The notes: generated from the sequence alone by a model not told the origin. Positions 19,556-30,549 are shown, numbered from the stretch's first letter. The stretch: 64,000 nt of DNA from Vampirovibrionales bacterium (GCA_046080605.1 JBJTUH010000131.1:733-64732); one strand, 5' to 3'. Numbers and translations: made by a program.

Positions 19556-20665
19556 CTATTTTTTATTAAATAGCCCCGTTGCCACCCCCGCTGAGGTAAT
19601 GGTACCACCATTAAAGAGCTTGGATTGATAATTTGCAGCAGGAACTTCCATCATGCGGTCAATACATCCTCTGGCTTTAAGGGCAATATCAGCAGGAATC
19701 TCAATGGGAGCAACTTCACCTAATAACGCTTTACGGATATTTTCTAAGCGCGTAAGCTTCATGTTAGGACACACTGCCGCTTGACGAGTAGGGGTAAAGA
19801 AAAGTTTATCAGGGCAATCTTCACTTAAACGCCGTGCCACACCATCTTCTGTACAGATAATGTAAACGCGTGCTTGCGTTGTTTTTGCCGCATTCACAAT
19901 AGCCGTCGTAGACCCTAAAAAGTCTGCCATATCTTTAATGGGGTCATCACACTCTGGATGAGCTAACACAATTGCCTCTGGATACTCTTTTTTGAGGGCT
20001 TTCACATCTTCTGGATCCATACGAAGATGGGTTGGGCAAAAGCCATCCCAAGGAATCACTTTCACCTCTGGTACTTGTTTCTGTACGAATCCTGCCAGAT
20101 GTTTATCAGGCACAAATAGAACCTCCGAAGCACCCGTCGCTTTTACAATATCCACTGCATTGGCACTGGTGCAGCAAAAATCAGCCTCTGCCTTCACGTC
20201 AGCACTGGTGTTCACATAGGCGACTACAGGACGACCTGGATACCGCGCTTTAAACCCCCGTAACTCCTCTGCGGTAATCATGTCTGCCATCGGACAGCCT
20301 GCATGAGGATTGGCAAGGTACACCGTTTTATGAGGCGAGAGTAGCTTTGCAGTCTCCGCCATAAAATGGACACCACAAAAAACAATCACCTCAGCATCGG
20401 TCTGTGCTGCAATTTGACTTAAACCTAAAGAATCCCCATGATAATCAGCAACGCCTTGAACCTCTAAACGTTCATATAAGTGTGCCAAGATAACCGCACA
20501 ACGCTCTTTTTTCAGGGCTTGAATCTCTTCGATAAGGCTTTGTCTTTTGGTTTGAAGCTGCGAATTAGAAGCTTGTAGGGTCGCTTGATTGGCAAGCATC
20601 GACTGAAACTGGGGAGTAACAGACGAAGAGGTATGAAGAGAAGGGGTTTCAGTAAACATGGTCAA
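19556..20665 (-). CDS. nadA: Quinolinate synthase A with ~60-aa N-terminal coiled-coil extension
   Basis: VAYVNTSADVKAEADFCCTSANAVDIV…, three conserved Cys regions and IICTEDGV. Confidence 0.9.
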   Translation of the reverse strand: MTMFTETPSLHTSSSVTPQFQSMLANQATLQASNSQLQTKRQSLIEEIQALKKERCAVILAHLYERLEVQGVADYHGDSLGLSQIAAQTDAEVIVFCGVHFMAETAKLLSPHKTVYLANPHAGCPMADMITAEELRGFKARYPGRPVVAYVNTSADVKAEADFCCTSANAVDIVKATGASEVLFVPDKHLAGFVQKQVPEVKVIPWDGFCPTHLRMDPEDVKALKKEYPEAIVLAHPECDDPIKDMADFLGSTTAIVNAAKTTQARVYIICTEDGVARRLSEDCPDKLFFTPTRQAAVCPNMKLTRLENIRKALLGEVAPIEIPADIALKARGCIDRMMEVPAANYQSKLFNGGTITSAGVATGLFNKK

Positions 20666-21297
20666 CCGCTAAGACATTCTAAAGAAAAGGGACAAGCAAT
20701 AGAACAGAGGCTAAAAGAAGATACGCCAAACAGAAAGACCGTTCATTTATGAGAGCTTAGCCCACATAAACCTATTTTAAGCTTTGACACAACGAATCAC
20801 AGCTAGAACCCTAGAGGACTGAAAAGTTTCTTTAGACCTACATTAAAATAGCGTGACAGCCAGAGGTTCTCAAAAACTAAAAGCGACTCTTGATAAAAAC
20901 ACACCATGGCACTAAACACCGTAGGGTCAAAAGGCTAAACAGCAACAGCTTGAACGAGACTAAGGCTGAGAGTAAAACCCATGGATACCTTTGAGTATAG
21001 ATGGTGATAGCATACCCCAAGACACTCACAGGAGCAAGTTTTTGAAACAGAGTCGAAGCTAAATCATGAGTGAGATACCACCTCAATTGTAGTGCTAAAA
21101 ACAGCTATATGACCCATCGCATGCTTATGATACGATACTGTGTTAATGATAGAAGATTCTAAAGTAAAGTATTATGGTAGACCATGGTGTTTATAAGATT
21201 CTTCCAATGTTTTTACATAAGGCTTGTCTCATGTTGTTTTTGGGATCATCGTGCCTACATATCTGGGATAGCATCCTAAAACACACAATCCATTCTA

Positions 21298-22785
21298 ATG
21301 ATGGGTTTAAACCCTCTAATACATCACGTTCAGCCGCACTGTAGCGTTCACTTCTTTCTCTCATTCACCCCTATCGTTCGTTGTCTATCGTTAACGCACC
21401 CCTTTGAGACACTTTTCACCATGTCAACCCTCTCCGCTGAAACAACCTCTTTAAGCTCACATCCTTCTCATAAAAAGCACGCCATTGGCTTTGTTCACTT
21501 AGGGTGTAGCAAAAATCTTGTAGACACGGAAACCATGCTGGGGAAACTCGCACAAGACGGTCATACCATCGTTTCCAATGAAGCAGAAGCAGATATTGTC
21601 CTTGTAAATACCTGTGCCTTTATTGAGGCATCCCAAAAAGAGTCCGTAAAAACCTTGGTCAATCTGGCAGAAGCGGGAAAAGAGTTACTGATTGCAGGAT
21701 GTTTAGCTCAAAAGTTCCAAGGTGAGTTACTCGAGTTATTTCCTGAGGCACGAGCTGTCATAGGCACGCACAATATGATGGAAGTTGCCAGTATTTTAGA
21801 AAGAACAGACAAGGGCGAACGTGTCGTTGCGATTCAACAAGACCCTACATTTTTACTGGAAGATGACACTGTCCGTAAGCACGTCACGATGGGAGCTTCC
21901 GTATACGTCAAAATAGGGGAAGGCTGCGATTACAGATGTAGCTTCTGCATTATTCCAAGTATGCGTGGTAATCTGCGGAGCCGTAGCGTTCAAAATATTG
22001 TAGACAATGCAAAAGCACTGGTGGATAAAGGAGCCTCTGAGATTATTCTTGTGGGGCAAGATACTACCAGTTACGGGAAAGACATCCAAGCTTCCTTACC
22101 TGAACTCCTTGAGGCTCTCAATGAGATTCCTGATCTTACTTGGATTCGTTTTCTCTATGCGTATCCGAACGAACACTTAAATGAACGACTCCTTAAAACG
22201 ATTCGTGACTGCGACAAAGTGGTGAAATACTTGGATTGTCCTTTACAACATTCGCATCCTGAAATACTCAAGCGGATGGGACGACCTATCACGGACATGC
22301 CTAAACTTGCCGACTGGATCAGAAACATTGTACCTGACATTCGTTTACGCACAACGTTTATTGTAGGATTCCCCGGAGAAGAGGAAAGACACTACCAACA
22401 TTTAAAGCAAACCATTGAAACCGTCCAATGGGACAGAGTAGGGATTTTTGAATACTCTGATGTGGATAGTGCCGCAAGTGCCAAGCTGGATGGCAAGGTC
22501 AAAAAGTCGGTCATCAAGGCTCGACGGAATGAGCTTATGGCAGTACAGCAAACCATTAGTTATGCCCATAACCAAGCCTTAGTCGGTCAAGTATTACCCG
22601 TTCTGATTGACGAGGTTCGCCCCTCAGGGTACGCCGTTGGAAGAACACAGTGGGATGCACCAGAGGTGGATAACACCGTCATTATTCGTCCAGAAAGTCG
22701 TGCCTCTGAACTGCTCCCAGGTGAGCTTGTACCCGTTCGTATCACACAAGCCACCCCCTATGACCTTAAAGGAGATGCACTGTAA
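21298..22785 (+). CDS. rimO: MiaB-family radical-SAM methylthiotransferase, most likely ribosomal protein S12 methylthiotransferase RimO
   Basis: MTTase N-domain Cys residues (LGCSKN, NTCAFI), radical SAM CDYRCSFC and a TRAM-like C-terminus. The real start is probably the internal MSTLSAE…. Confidence 0.75.
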   Translation: MMGLNPLIHHVQPHCSVHFFLSFTPIVRCLSLTHPFETLFTMSTLSAETTSLSSHPSHKKHAIGFVHLGCSKNLVDTETMLGKLAQDGHTIVSNEAEADIVLVNTCAFIEASQKESVKTLVNLAEAGKELLIAGCLAQKFQGELLELFPEARAVIGTHNMMEVASILERTDKGERVVAIQQDPTFLLEDDTVRKHVTMGASVYVKIGEGCDYRCSFCIIPSMRGNLRSRSVQNIVDNAKALVDKGASEIILVGQDTTSYGKDIQASLPELLEALNEIPDLTWIRFLYAYPNEHLNERLLKTIRDCDKVVKYLDCPLQHSHPEILKRMGRPITDMPKLADWIRNIVPDIRLRTTFIVGFPGEEERHYQHLKQTIETVQWDRVGIFEYSDVDSAASAKLDGKVKKSVIKARRNELMAVQQTISYAHNQALVGQVLPVLIDEVRPSGYAVGRTQWDAPEVDNTVIIRPESRASELLPGELVPVRITQATPYDLKGDAL

Positions 22786-22883
22786 GGTCATTCATCGCAG
22801 TCCATTGGTTGGTTCAGCTCATCGTTATTAAGTTTGTACACTCTCGTTTTTTTTGATTAAATCACTGTTTAGTAGGGTTTTAC

Positions 22884-24134
22884 GTGATGCTTGTTTCTCT
22901 TTCTCACACCCCTGTGACGACGACACGCTCTATCCAAGTGCCTTCCCTTCCTTCGTATCTCACCTCTGAAGAATGCACCGTGTTGCAAAACTTACATCCT
23001 TCCATACAGTGGATGAGTAGCCCTTGCTTTATCTCAGAGTATCCCGCTTGGCTTATCCTAGAGGATGGCTCCGTGTGGGAAGGGACTCGCTACGGTGGAG
23101 AGGGTACCACAGGAGGAGAACTGGTGTTTAACACTAGCTTATCTGGGTATCAAGAGATTCTGACAGACCCCAGCTACCGTGGGCAAATCGTGCTGATGAC
23201 GTACCCTGAACAAGGAAATTATGGCATCAACCACGAAGACCTTGAGTCTCATGATGGTAAGGTTCATGCCTCTGGCTTTGTGGTACGACAAGGAAGCTCT
23301 GTTGCTAGCAACTGGCGTGCCACTCAGCCTCTACCAGCGTATCTTACAGAGCATCACGTGGTAGGTATTCAGGGTGTTGATACTCGTGCCTTAACACGGC
23401 GTATTCGTCAACAGGGTGCCATGAAAGCCATCATTACCACAGAACGTGTTGCCCTCATCCAAGCCATTCAAACGGTAAGGCTACAACCCAGCCTAGAAGA
23501 ACAGAACCTAATTGCACAGGTTTCCGTCAAAGAAGCCTATCATGTACAAGGACAAAACAACCGCCCTTTGATTGACCGTCTTGTGGCACTTGACTTTGGC
23601 ATGAAAGAAAATATTGTTCACTGCTTAAAGGATGTTGCACGAGAGATTCATGTATTACCTCATGATGCCACGGAAGCAGCCATTCAAGCACTCAAGCCTG
23701 ATGCACTCTTTCTATCCAATGGCCCCGGAGACCCCCGTACCCTGCCTTATGTTTCAGACCTTATTCAACGCCTTACGGCACAACAGCTCCCTTTATTTGG
23801 TATTTGTTTAGGACATCAGCTTTTGTCTCTTAGTTTTGGGGCTACTGTTGAAAAAATGGCGTTTGGACATCACGGAGGCAATCACCCCGTGCTCGAGACA
23901 GCTTCAGGACTTATCCGCATTACCTCTCAAAATCACGGGTACGCCGTTGAAGAGCAAAGCCTTGCAGGCGTTCAGCTAGAACTCACTCACCGAAATCTTT
24001 ATGACCAAAGTGTAGAAGGCGTTCGTCATAAAGACTACCCAATGGCATGTGTGCAATTCCACCCTGAAGCAAGCCCTGGTCCTCATGATGCTCAAGACTT
24101 GTTCCGATGGTTCTTTCAGCAAATCCAACGCTAA
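22884..24134 (+). CDS. carA: Carbamoyl-phosphate synthase small (glutaminase) subunit
   Basis: LILEDGSVWEG…, glutamine amidotransferase GICLGHQLL and catalytic His/Glu in the C-terminus. The ORF carries about 43 extra N-terminal codons. Confidence 0.9.
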   Translation: MMLVSLSHTPVTTTRSIQVPSLPSYLTSEECTVLQNLHPSIQWMSSPCFISEYPAWLILEDGSVWEGTRYGGEGTTGGELVFNTSLSGYQEILTDPSYRGQIVLMTYPEQGNYGINHEDLESHDGKVHASGFVVRQGSSVASNWRATQPLPAYLTEHHVVGIQGVDTRALTRRIRQQGAMKAIITTERVALIQAIQTVRLQPSLEEQNLIAQVSVKEAYHVQGQNNRPLIDRLVALDFGMKENIVHCLKDVAREIHVLPHDATEAAIQALKPDALFLSNGPGDPRTLPYVSDLIQRLTAQQLPLFGICLGHQLLSLSFGATVEKMAFGHHGGNHPVLETASGLIRITSQNHGYAVEEQSLAGVQLELTHRNLYDQSVEGVRHKDYPMACVQFHPEASPGPHDAQDLFRWFFQQIQR

Positions 24135-24149
24135 GGAAAAGAGTATCCC

Positions 24150-24539
24150 GTGGTAGGCGCTATCGCTCATAAGCCTCATGAACCATCCTCTTTAGAAGCC
24201 AAAAGTCTTCCACATCACGCCACTCGCCAGTGTTTGGTATGCAGGCAACACTTTCCACAGTCTAGGCTTGTACGCCTCATTCTTCAAAAGGTGTCAGAGG
24301 TTAAAGGAAACCCTTTACCGCATGTGTGGCATGTGCTAATGCCTATGCAAGATGCCTCCAAGCAACCCATCGCCCGACATGGCCGCTCAGTCTATTGGTG
24401 TGACACACCAACATGCTGGCAGGCACTTTCCAAAAAACAAGGAAAGGGGTTAAGCCGTTTCTTTCCTATAACTTGGTCTGCCCAAACACGGCAGGAACTT
24501 TGGGAAACGCTAGCTCGCCTTGCTTCTCTAAGTAAATAG
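24150..24539 (+). CDS. YlxR/DUF448-like putative RNA-binding protein
   Basis: RQCLVCRQ…LVRLI and GRSVYWC…CW…KKQ match the YlxR pattern RTCVGCR…GRGAYVC. Confidence 0.5.
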   Translation: MVGAIAHKPHEPSSLEAKSLPHHATRQCLVCRQHFPQSRLVRLILQKVSEVKGNPLPHVWHVLMPMQDASKQPIARHGRSVYWCDTPTCWQALSKKQGKGLSRFFPITWSAQTRQELWETLARLASLSK

Positions 24540-24556
24540 TATATAGAGCAAACCTG

Positions 24557-25018
24557 ATGTCTCCCAAGCACGCACGTCATACCCAAGGACAAAAGGCTGA
24601 GTTGCACGCACAGCAGTGGTACCTCATGCACTACCCTCAAGGAAAGCTTATCACCACAAACTGGCGTATCCAGCAAGATGGGTTTCGAGGGGAACTTGAT
24701 TTTGTCTATTTCACACCCACCCCTGTCGCAGAACTCCATTTTGTAGAAGTAAAATCTCGACACCAAAAAGTACCTGTGAGTGGTCAATCAAAGTATCAGG
24801 GAAAACAAGATGCTCTCTGGGAGGCTGCAGGTGCCATTACACCCAAAAAACATCAACAGTTGCACACACTGGTCTCACTGTTTATGATAAACTTTCCTCT
24901 TAAAACCATGATCCCTGAGGACACCATAGCGTCTCTACGACTGTCCATAGAGGTATGCTTGGTAGTACACGAAAATGAATCGTCGTATACTGTCTATACG
25001 CCTATTTCGCTTTTCTAG
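24557..25018 (+). CDS. YraN/UPF0102-family predicted endonuclease
   Basis: GQKAELHAQQWYL…GELDFVY…LHFVEVKSR matches the YraN motif GEIDLI…VFVEVKTR. Confidence 0.55.
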   Translation: MSPKHARHTQGQKAELHAQQWYLMHYPQGKLITTNWRIQQDGFRGELDFVYFTPTPVAELHFVEVKSRHQKVPVSGQSKYQGKQDALWEAAGAITPKKHQQLHTLVSLFMINFPLKTMIPEDTIASLRLSIEVCLVVHENESSYTVYTPISLF

Positions 25019-25083
25019 TTAAACCGATGCTTACTCGAAGGCATCTCTCTGTTCACCCCACTCCTTAAGCAGGACTCTATACT

Positions 25084-26274
25084 TTGTTTTCACCCTCTAC
25101 CGTGACACCTCAAGCACTTTCCCCTGCGGGTCCTCTCATGCAGCAAGAGGGTTCCTGCTTTAACGCCTCACCTACCTTAACCCCGTTTGCTAAGACCACC
25201 CTACCTACTTCCTGCAAAGCACCTGAACACGGGTTTAGCCTAAACCATAAAACCATTTTTATTACAGGAGGAACAGGATCCTTTGGGAAAAAGTTTTTAC
25301 GCATGCTTCTGGCACGGTACACACCCACCCGAGTCATTGTGTACTCAAGAGACGAGTTAAAACAATTTGAGATGTCACAACATGACTTCCCTGTACACCA
25401 GCAACCTTGCCCCATCCATTATATCATTGGAGATGTAAGGGATGGACAAAGACTATTGCAAGCCATGGCAGGTGCAGAGGTTGTGATTCATGCTGCCGCT
25501 TTAAAACAAGTGCCTGTGGCGGAATACCATCCTTTTGAAGCTGTAAAAACGAACATTCTTGGAGCACAACACGTCATTGAAGCAGCGTTACACCATCAAG
25601 TAGAGCGTGTCATTGCCCTTTCAACCGATAAAGCAGCAAACCCCATTAATCTTTATGGTGCCACCAAACTTGTCTCTGACTCTTTGTTTGTGGCGGCAAA
25701 CCAAGGTCTTCTTCCTCTTTACCAAGATAAAGCCATTCAAAAAACCCAATTTGCCGTTGTACGTTACGGTAATGTGATTGGTTCAAGAGGCTCTGTATTA
25801 CCCTATTTCCAAGAGCTGTTACAACAAGGTGCCACTTCTTTACCCATCACAGATGAGCGTATGACACGCTTTTGGTTACCTTTGTCGCACGGGGTAGACT
25901 TCGTATTTCATACACTCATGCGAATGCAGGGAGGCGAAATTTTCATCCCCAAAATCCCTTCTATCCATATGACAGACCTCGTGAAGGCTCTTATGCCAAC
26001 CCCTAACTACCATGTGGTAGGTTTACGCCCTGGTGAGAAACTGCACGAGTGCTTATGCCCCAGCGAACTTGCATCAAGAACCCTTGAATTCGAAGACCAT
26101 TTTGTGATTCAACCTGCAATCCCCGAACTTCAAAAGCTCCACAAAGGCTATAGTGTCAACGCACTTGGAGAACTAGGAAAACAAGTGCCTGATGGCTTTG
26201 AGTACATCTCAGGAAACAACCCTGATTTCCTAACACCTCCTGACATCCAAAGGCTTCATCAGGAAGCTCTGTAA
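25084..26274 (+). CDS. Polysaccharide biosynthesis NAD-dependent dehydratase (PseB/CapD/FlaA1-like UDP-GlcNAc 4,6-dehydratase)
   Basis: Rossmann fold IFITGGTGSFGK, YSRDELKQ and catalytic YGATK. The ORF is N-terminally over-extended. Confidence 0.7.
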   Translation: MFSPSTVTPQALSPAGPLMQQEGSCFNASPTLTPFAKTTLPTSCKAPEHGFSLNHKTIFITGGTGSFGKKFLRMLLARYTPTRVIVYSRDELKQFEMSQHDFPVHQQPCPIHYIIGDVRDGQRLLQAMAGAEVVIHAAALKQVPVAEYHPFEAVKTNILGAQHVIEAALHHQVERVIALSTDKAANPINLYGATKLVSDSLFVAANQGLLPLYQDKAIQKTQFAVVRYGNVIGSRGSVLPYFQELLQQGATSLPITDERMTRFWLPLSHGVDFVFHTLMRMQGGEIFIPKIPSIHMTDLVKALMPTPNYHVVGLRPGEKLHECLCPSELASRTLEFEDHFVIQPAIPELQKLHKGYSVNALGELGKQVPDGFEYISGNNPDFLTPPDIQRLHQEAL

Positions 26275-26285
26275 ACGACAGAAGC

Positions 26286-27461
26286 TTAAATGTCTAAATT
26301 CAATTGGGCAGGATCAAAGCTCACCAGAGGTAACTCTCTAGGACTATCACAGCCGCTTGCAACCGTCTCTTGAATGGCTTGAAAAAGTGCATGACTGGCA
26401 TAGCGGACTAAATCATCCCCTGTGGCAATCAGTGTATGCTCTAAGTCATTGGGGTTATAACACGCCGACCCTCCATGAATACTGAGTGATTCCTCAATAG
26501 GCTTGCCATAATGACTATGCTGCAACAAATAGGGATGATTTGCCAAATACTTCTGAATACGCCGCACAACATGGGCAGCCCCTAGGTCATCAGAATTAGA
26601 CATCAAAATGCCAATTTGGTTATCACTTAAACGTGCAAGAATATCATGCTTACGTGTTAGCTGGCGTAGGTTCTTCGCAATAAACCTTAACATATTAATC
26701 GTGACATCAAGACCATACGTGTCAAAATACAACGGATAAAAGTCTAAGGAGAGTACCAGACAAGTGACAGGCTTCTGGGATTGCTTGGAAAGATTTAAGC
26801 GCTCTTGTAATTGACTAAAGAAGAAACGACGGTTATGTAGTTCAGGAACCTCGTCCACCACCTGCTGCTTCACACACTCCGCACGTAACATACTCACCTG
26901 ACGGGCTTGGAAAATACGGGTTTGAATGGTCAAAGCATCTGTGGGGACAGTCAGCAGGTCACAACCTGGTTGTGGAAAAAACTTACTGTAGGCAAGCTGA
27001 TACTCTGGACAAATAATCGCAATCGTTTGTACATTAGGATTCAGACGTTGAAACTCAAGTACCTGTTCAGACACCGTTTTGGGGGATGTTGGGGCAAAAC
27101 ACACAACGCCTGTCTCATTCTGAGCCAATAAGGTTTTTAGTTCTCGCTGAGAGAACACAGGAGTCACCTTAGGCACTGCCTGCAAATCCTCTTCCCACAA
27201 ATCAAAATTAGGAATCACAGAGTCCATTAAAATGTAGACTGGAGGTAATGTATCTTGCTTCTGACGCTTTTCTTTTCGACGTTCCTGTGCTGTAGCTTGT
27301 ACGGCAGAAGACACCGACACTTCAGAGTCTTTATGCTTTTTTAAATGTTTACTCGTCACGATACGCTTTGTACCTGAGTGTACAGCAACCTCCTGAGTGA
27401 CAGAAGTATCAGGCAAAGGAGAAGACTGAGAAAGTTCTTTTTTTGAGTGGGTCGCCATCAT
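26286..27461 (-). CDS. Degenerate GGDEF-domain protein (SDNQI in place of GGDEF) with REC-like N-terminal region
   Basis: NRRFFFSQL…LVLSLDFYPLYFDTYGLDV…ARLSDNQIGILM follows the GGDEF fold, but the catalytic GG(D/E)EF is replaced. Confidence 0.5.
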   Translation of the reverse strand: MMATHSKKELSQSSPLPDTSVTQEVAVHSGTKRIVTSKHLKKHKDSEVSVSSAVQATAQERRKEKRQKQDTLPPVYILMDSVIPNFDLWEEDLQAVPKVTPVFSQRELKTLLAQNETGVVCFAPTSPKTVSEQVLEFQRLNPNVQTIAIICPEYQLAYSKFFPQPGCDLLTVPTDALTIQTRIFQARQVSMLRAECVKQQVVDEVPELHNRRFFFSQLQERLNLSKQSQKPVTCLVLSLDFYPLYFDTYGLDVTINMLRFIAKNLRQLTRKHDILARLSDNQIGILMSNSDDLGAAHVVRRIQKYLANHPYLLQHSHYGKPIEESLSIHGGSACYNPNDLEHTLIATGDDLVRYASHALFQAIQETVASGCDSPRELPLVSFDPAQLNLDI

Positions 27462-27679
27462 GGACTTGCTATCCTACACTGCATCTGTGGAGTATCATAA
27501 CATCTTAGGAAGTAAAAACACTAAGGGTTACTGCTATTATCGCTTAGCACTCCCTTTTTCTAAGAGGGAAGAGGGTAAGAATCCATTGCGTGTATGAGAG
27601 GAAGCATCCTCTTTTCTGTGGTATCTGTGCTAGGCTTATAGCACTTAGTGTGATGAATCCTTAAAACGTCCTACATAAA

Positions 27680-28525
27680 ATGCTGATTACAACTTCCTAC
27701 CCTAAGCTTTCTCTTAAGACAACCTTACTTGTGTTCGGTACCTTTAACCCGATTCATTTAGGACACTTAGGGATGGTCAAAGCCACCCTTCAATCATACC
27801 CTCATTTTAAGGATGTACTGTGGATACCCACAGGAGAACCTCCGCATAAAACACCTGAGACCTATAGCCTCTCTCCTGAAGCACATCGATGGCGATTTCC
27901 TGCACGAGACCGTTTACGCATGGTAGCCCTCGCACTCCAAGACACGCTAAGCCATCCATGTCACCCTCATGTAAAACACCTTCCTTTTTCGTTCTATTCT
28001 GACAAAGTCAAGCACTGGATATGGACGCAAGAATGCCCACAAGACCTCACCACGTTCCCTGGTCCACACTACACCGCAAGAACACTCCAAACTTGGTATG
28101 CTCACCTCCCTACATCAGAAATGTTTCAATGTCTCTTCAGTCATGAAGCGATGCTGGGGCTACCTCGGTGGCAACAACTTGAGTGGCTTCTCGAACACGT
28201 CACTTGGTATGTAACCCCAAGGCAGGGCTACGGAGCATGGTCTCTTAACGCAGAAAGTACATGTTATCACACACTATGTGAAAGCCTACAGAAGACCTCT
28301 TGCTCAATCACACCCCCTCGTTTTGAGACGCAACGAGTTCTTGTGACACCGGAGCATATTCCGCCCTGGAGCGCAACCGCTATCCGAGAAGCCTTATTCA
28401 GTACAGGGTATCCTTCCGCTAGTGCTTCCACCATCGAGACCTATCAAGCGCCATGGACTCGTATGACAACGCCCTCTGTGGTAGCGTATATCATGCGGAA
28501 TGCCTTTCGATACCCTCTTTTATAG
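27680..28525 (+). CDS. nadD: Nicotinate-nucleotide adenylyltransferase (long form)
   Basis: LVFGTFNPIHLGHLGMV (H/TxGH motif) and C-terminal SATAIR…VVAYI (ISST-like). Confidence 0.8.
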   Translation: MLITTSYPKLSLKTTLLVFGTFNPIHLGHLGMVKATLQSYPHFKDVLWIPTGEPPHKTPETYSLSPEAHRWRFPARDRLRMVALALQDTLSHPCHPHVKHLPFSFYSDKVKHWIWTQECPQDLTTFPGPHYTARTLQTWYAHLPTSEMFQCLFSHEAMLGLPRWQQLEWLLEHVTWYVTPRQGYGAWSLNAESTCYHTLCESLQKTSCSITPPRFETQRVLVTPEHIPPWSATAIREALFSTGYPSASASTIETYQAPWTRMTTPSVVAYIMRNAFRYPLL

Positions 28526-28542
28526 AACACGCTACTTCTCCT

Positions 28543-29643
28543 ATGCCTTTCTACTTCATTATTACTGAAGACCCCTACTGGCAACAACGCTATCTTGCCA
28601 CGCTACATACTGAGTTAAACCTTCCCTCTCCCTCTAACAGCCTTATCACTTCCTTGGATAATCCTTCTACGGCAGAACTTGAAAGCTACTGTGGTACGCA
28701 ATCACTGTTTTCTTTACTAGACAGTTTAAGTCAACCCGATCTCACACGCCTACGCCACTGGCAGGCACTCCAAAAACTCCCCTCTCAAAAAGAACAAGAC
28801 GATATCCTAAGCATCTTGGGACACCTCCCCTCAAACAAGCATCTTATTTGTATGACAGAAAAGCTTGATCAACGAAGTACCTTTTCCAAGAAACTGATAG
28901 GACTTGCGACAAAGGTGTATGTGCCTGAAGAGCCACCGCATTGGAAGGAAGACGCTTGGATTGAGCTCATCCGAAAAGAGGTCGCCCAAAGTTGCAAGTG
29001 TAACCTTACACCTCCTATTGCACGATGGCTCTTTCAGCATATTGGACCTCATCTAGGAGAAATTATCCAACGTACTCAAACCGCACAACTTCTTATAGAA
29101 CCCCATGACTCAACACTCACACTCAAGCACGTAGAAGCCTTAATCCCCAGAAGCTACTATCAGGGATTTGAACTCCTCGACACTTGGATAGAACATATGG
29201 TACCCAGCCGCTCCAACATGCCTCATAGCAAGCGTATGGAAGAACACTGGTCTATCTTATGGCAATATGTTCACCAAGAACCCGCATTAAAACTTATCGC
29301 ACTCCTAAAAACCAAGCTATTAGACCTCCATACACTGATTGACCAAAAAGCCCAAGGTCACTCAGAAGAAGCGATTGCACAAGCTCTCGGTAAACACCCC
29401 TTCATCCTTAAAAAAACGTATCAACGGTTCAAGTCAATCACACTCACCGACATCGCACGCACCCTGAAACATCTCACCCTCATAGAGTGGCAGATAAAAG
29501 AAGGTATCTTACCTCCCGCATTAGGTATAGAACTCTTCTTAGCCCATCCCTCTAAAACACTCACAATGCCCTCGGCAGAGGCGATTCACTCTTGGGAAAT
29601 GCAACGATTTTATCTTACGACAGACGTATTTGAGCAAGCATAA
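28543..29643 (+). CDS. holA: Probable DNA polymerase III delta subunit
   Basis: Size and pattern (MPFYFIITEDPYWQQRYL… to the C-terminal helical domain) fit HolA. Start moved to the Met at 28543 to remove the 73-bp overlap with nadD. Confidence 0.45.
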   Translation: MPFYFIITEDPYWQQRYLATLHTELNLPSPSNSLITSLDNPSTAELESYCGTQSLFSLLDSLSQPDLTRLRHWQALQKLPSQKEQDDILSILGHLPSNKHLICMTEKLDQRSTFSKKLIGLATKVYVPEEPPHWKEDAWIELIRKEVAQSCKCNLTPPIARWLFQHIGPHLGEIIQRTQTAQLLIEPHDSTLTLKHVEALIPRSYYQGFELLDTWIEHMVPSRSNMPHSKRMEEHWSILWQYVHQEPALKLIALLKTKLLDLHTLIDQKAQGHSEEAIAQALGKHPFILKKTYQRFKSITLTDIARTLKHLTLIEWQIKEGILPPALGIELFLAHPSKTLTMPSAEAIHSWEMQRFYLTTDVFEQA

Positions 29644-29647
29644 CCCA

Positions 29648-30442
29648 TTACCAAGTCTCTAACGCTGTGCTTTCATGATCTGATGCTTGAAAGGTTGCGT
29701 TCATTTGATAAAGCTGTGCAGGACGATGAAAGCCCTCCATTTTTTTCTCTTCAAGCTGTATCAGCATCGTAGAAGCAAGAATTTTTTTACGAAAATTACG
29801 CTTATCAAGCTTTCTATTTAAAATAAGTTCATAGACTCGTTGTAGCTCAGTGAGCGTAAACTTTTCTGGTAACAGCCGACATGCGACGGTAGAGGACAAA
29901 AGTTTTTCTCTTAAACGCTCAATCGCCGCCTTCACGATCGTATCGTGGTCAAAGGCAAGTGCAGGCAATTGATCAATAGGATGCCACTGCGTTCCTTGCG
30001 GCAACATTGGATGTTCTGAACGCAAGGTAGAATGCTCGGCACTGTAAGGCATGCCCGAAGGTCCACCCACGGCAGAAATCACACTGGTTGCAGGAATCAG
30101 TACACAATATGCCACAGTAATAACTCTTGCCCTAGGGTCTCGCTTAGGGTTTCCAAAAGCTTGTAACTGCTCTAAATAAGGGTCAGTCACATTAGTTTTC
30201 TCTCTCAACCACCTTACGGCGGCTTCTTCTAAGGTTTCTCCTGTATAAATAAAGCCACCAGGAATCGCCCACATGCCCTGAAAAGGCTGATTCTGACGCT
30301 GAATCAATAAACTCTTCAGTTTCCCCTCCAAGATAGTAAGCACCACAATATCAACAGTCACAAGAGGGTTCTCAAGCTTACGGGCAGTATCCTGTGAAAA
30401 CCCTTGAGACGAGTGAAGACCAGAAGGCATGGTTGGTAGCAT
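29648..30442 (-). CDS. nrtR: Nudix hydrolase fused to NrtR-type winged-helix domain (Nudix-related transcriptional regulator of NAD metabolism)
   Basis: Nudix box GGFIYTGETLEEAAVRWLREKTNV. C-terminal LAFDHDTIV…LLPEKFTLTELQRVYELILNRKLDKRNFRKKI is like the NrtR wHTH domain. It sits adjacent to nadD. Confidence 0.6.
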   Translation of the reverse strand: MLPTMPSGLHSSQGFSQDTARKLENPLVTVDIVVLTILEGKLKSLLIQRQNQPFQGMWAIPGGFIYTGETLEEAAVRWLREKTNVTDPYLEQLQAFGNPKRDPRARVITVAYCVLIPATSVISAVGGPSGMPYSAEHSTLRSEHPMLPQGTQWHPIDQLPALAFDHDTIVKAAIERLREKLLSSTVACRLLPEKFTLTELQRVYELILNRKLDKRNFRKKILASTMLIQLEEKKMEGFHRPAQLYQMNATFQASDHESTALETW

Positions 30443-30549
30443 GATACAATGAAATAAATCAGAAAAATGGTACTGTAAGGAAACTAAAAGGGCTTCTAAG
30501 CACCCCCTTAACGAAGGGGAAAACTTAAAAACCCTTTTAACTCAAACGC

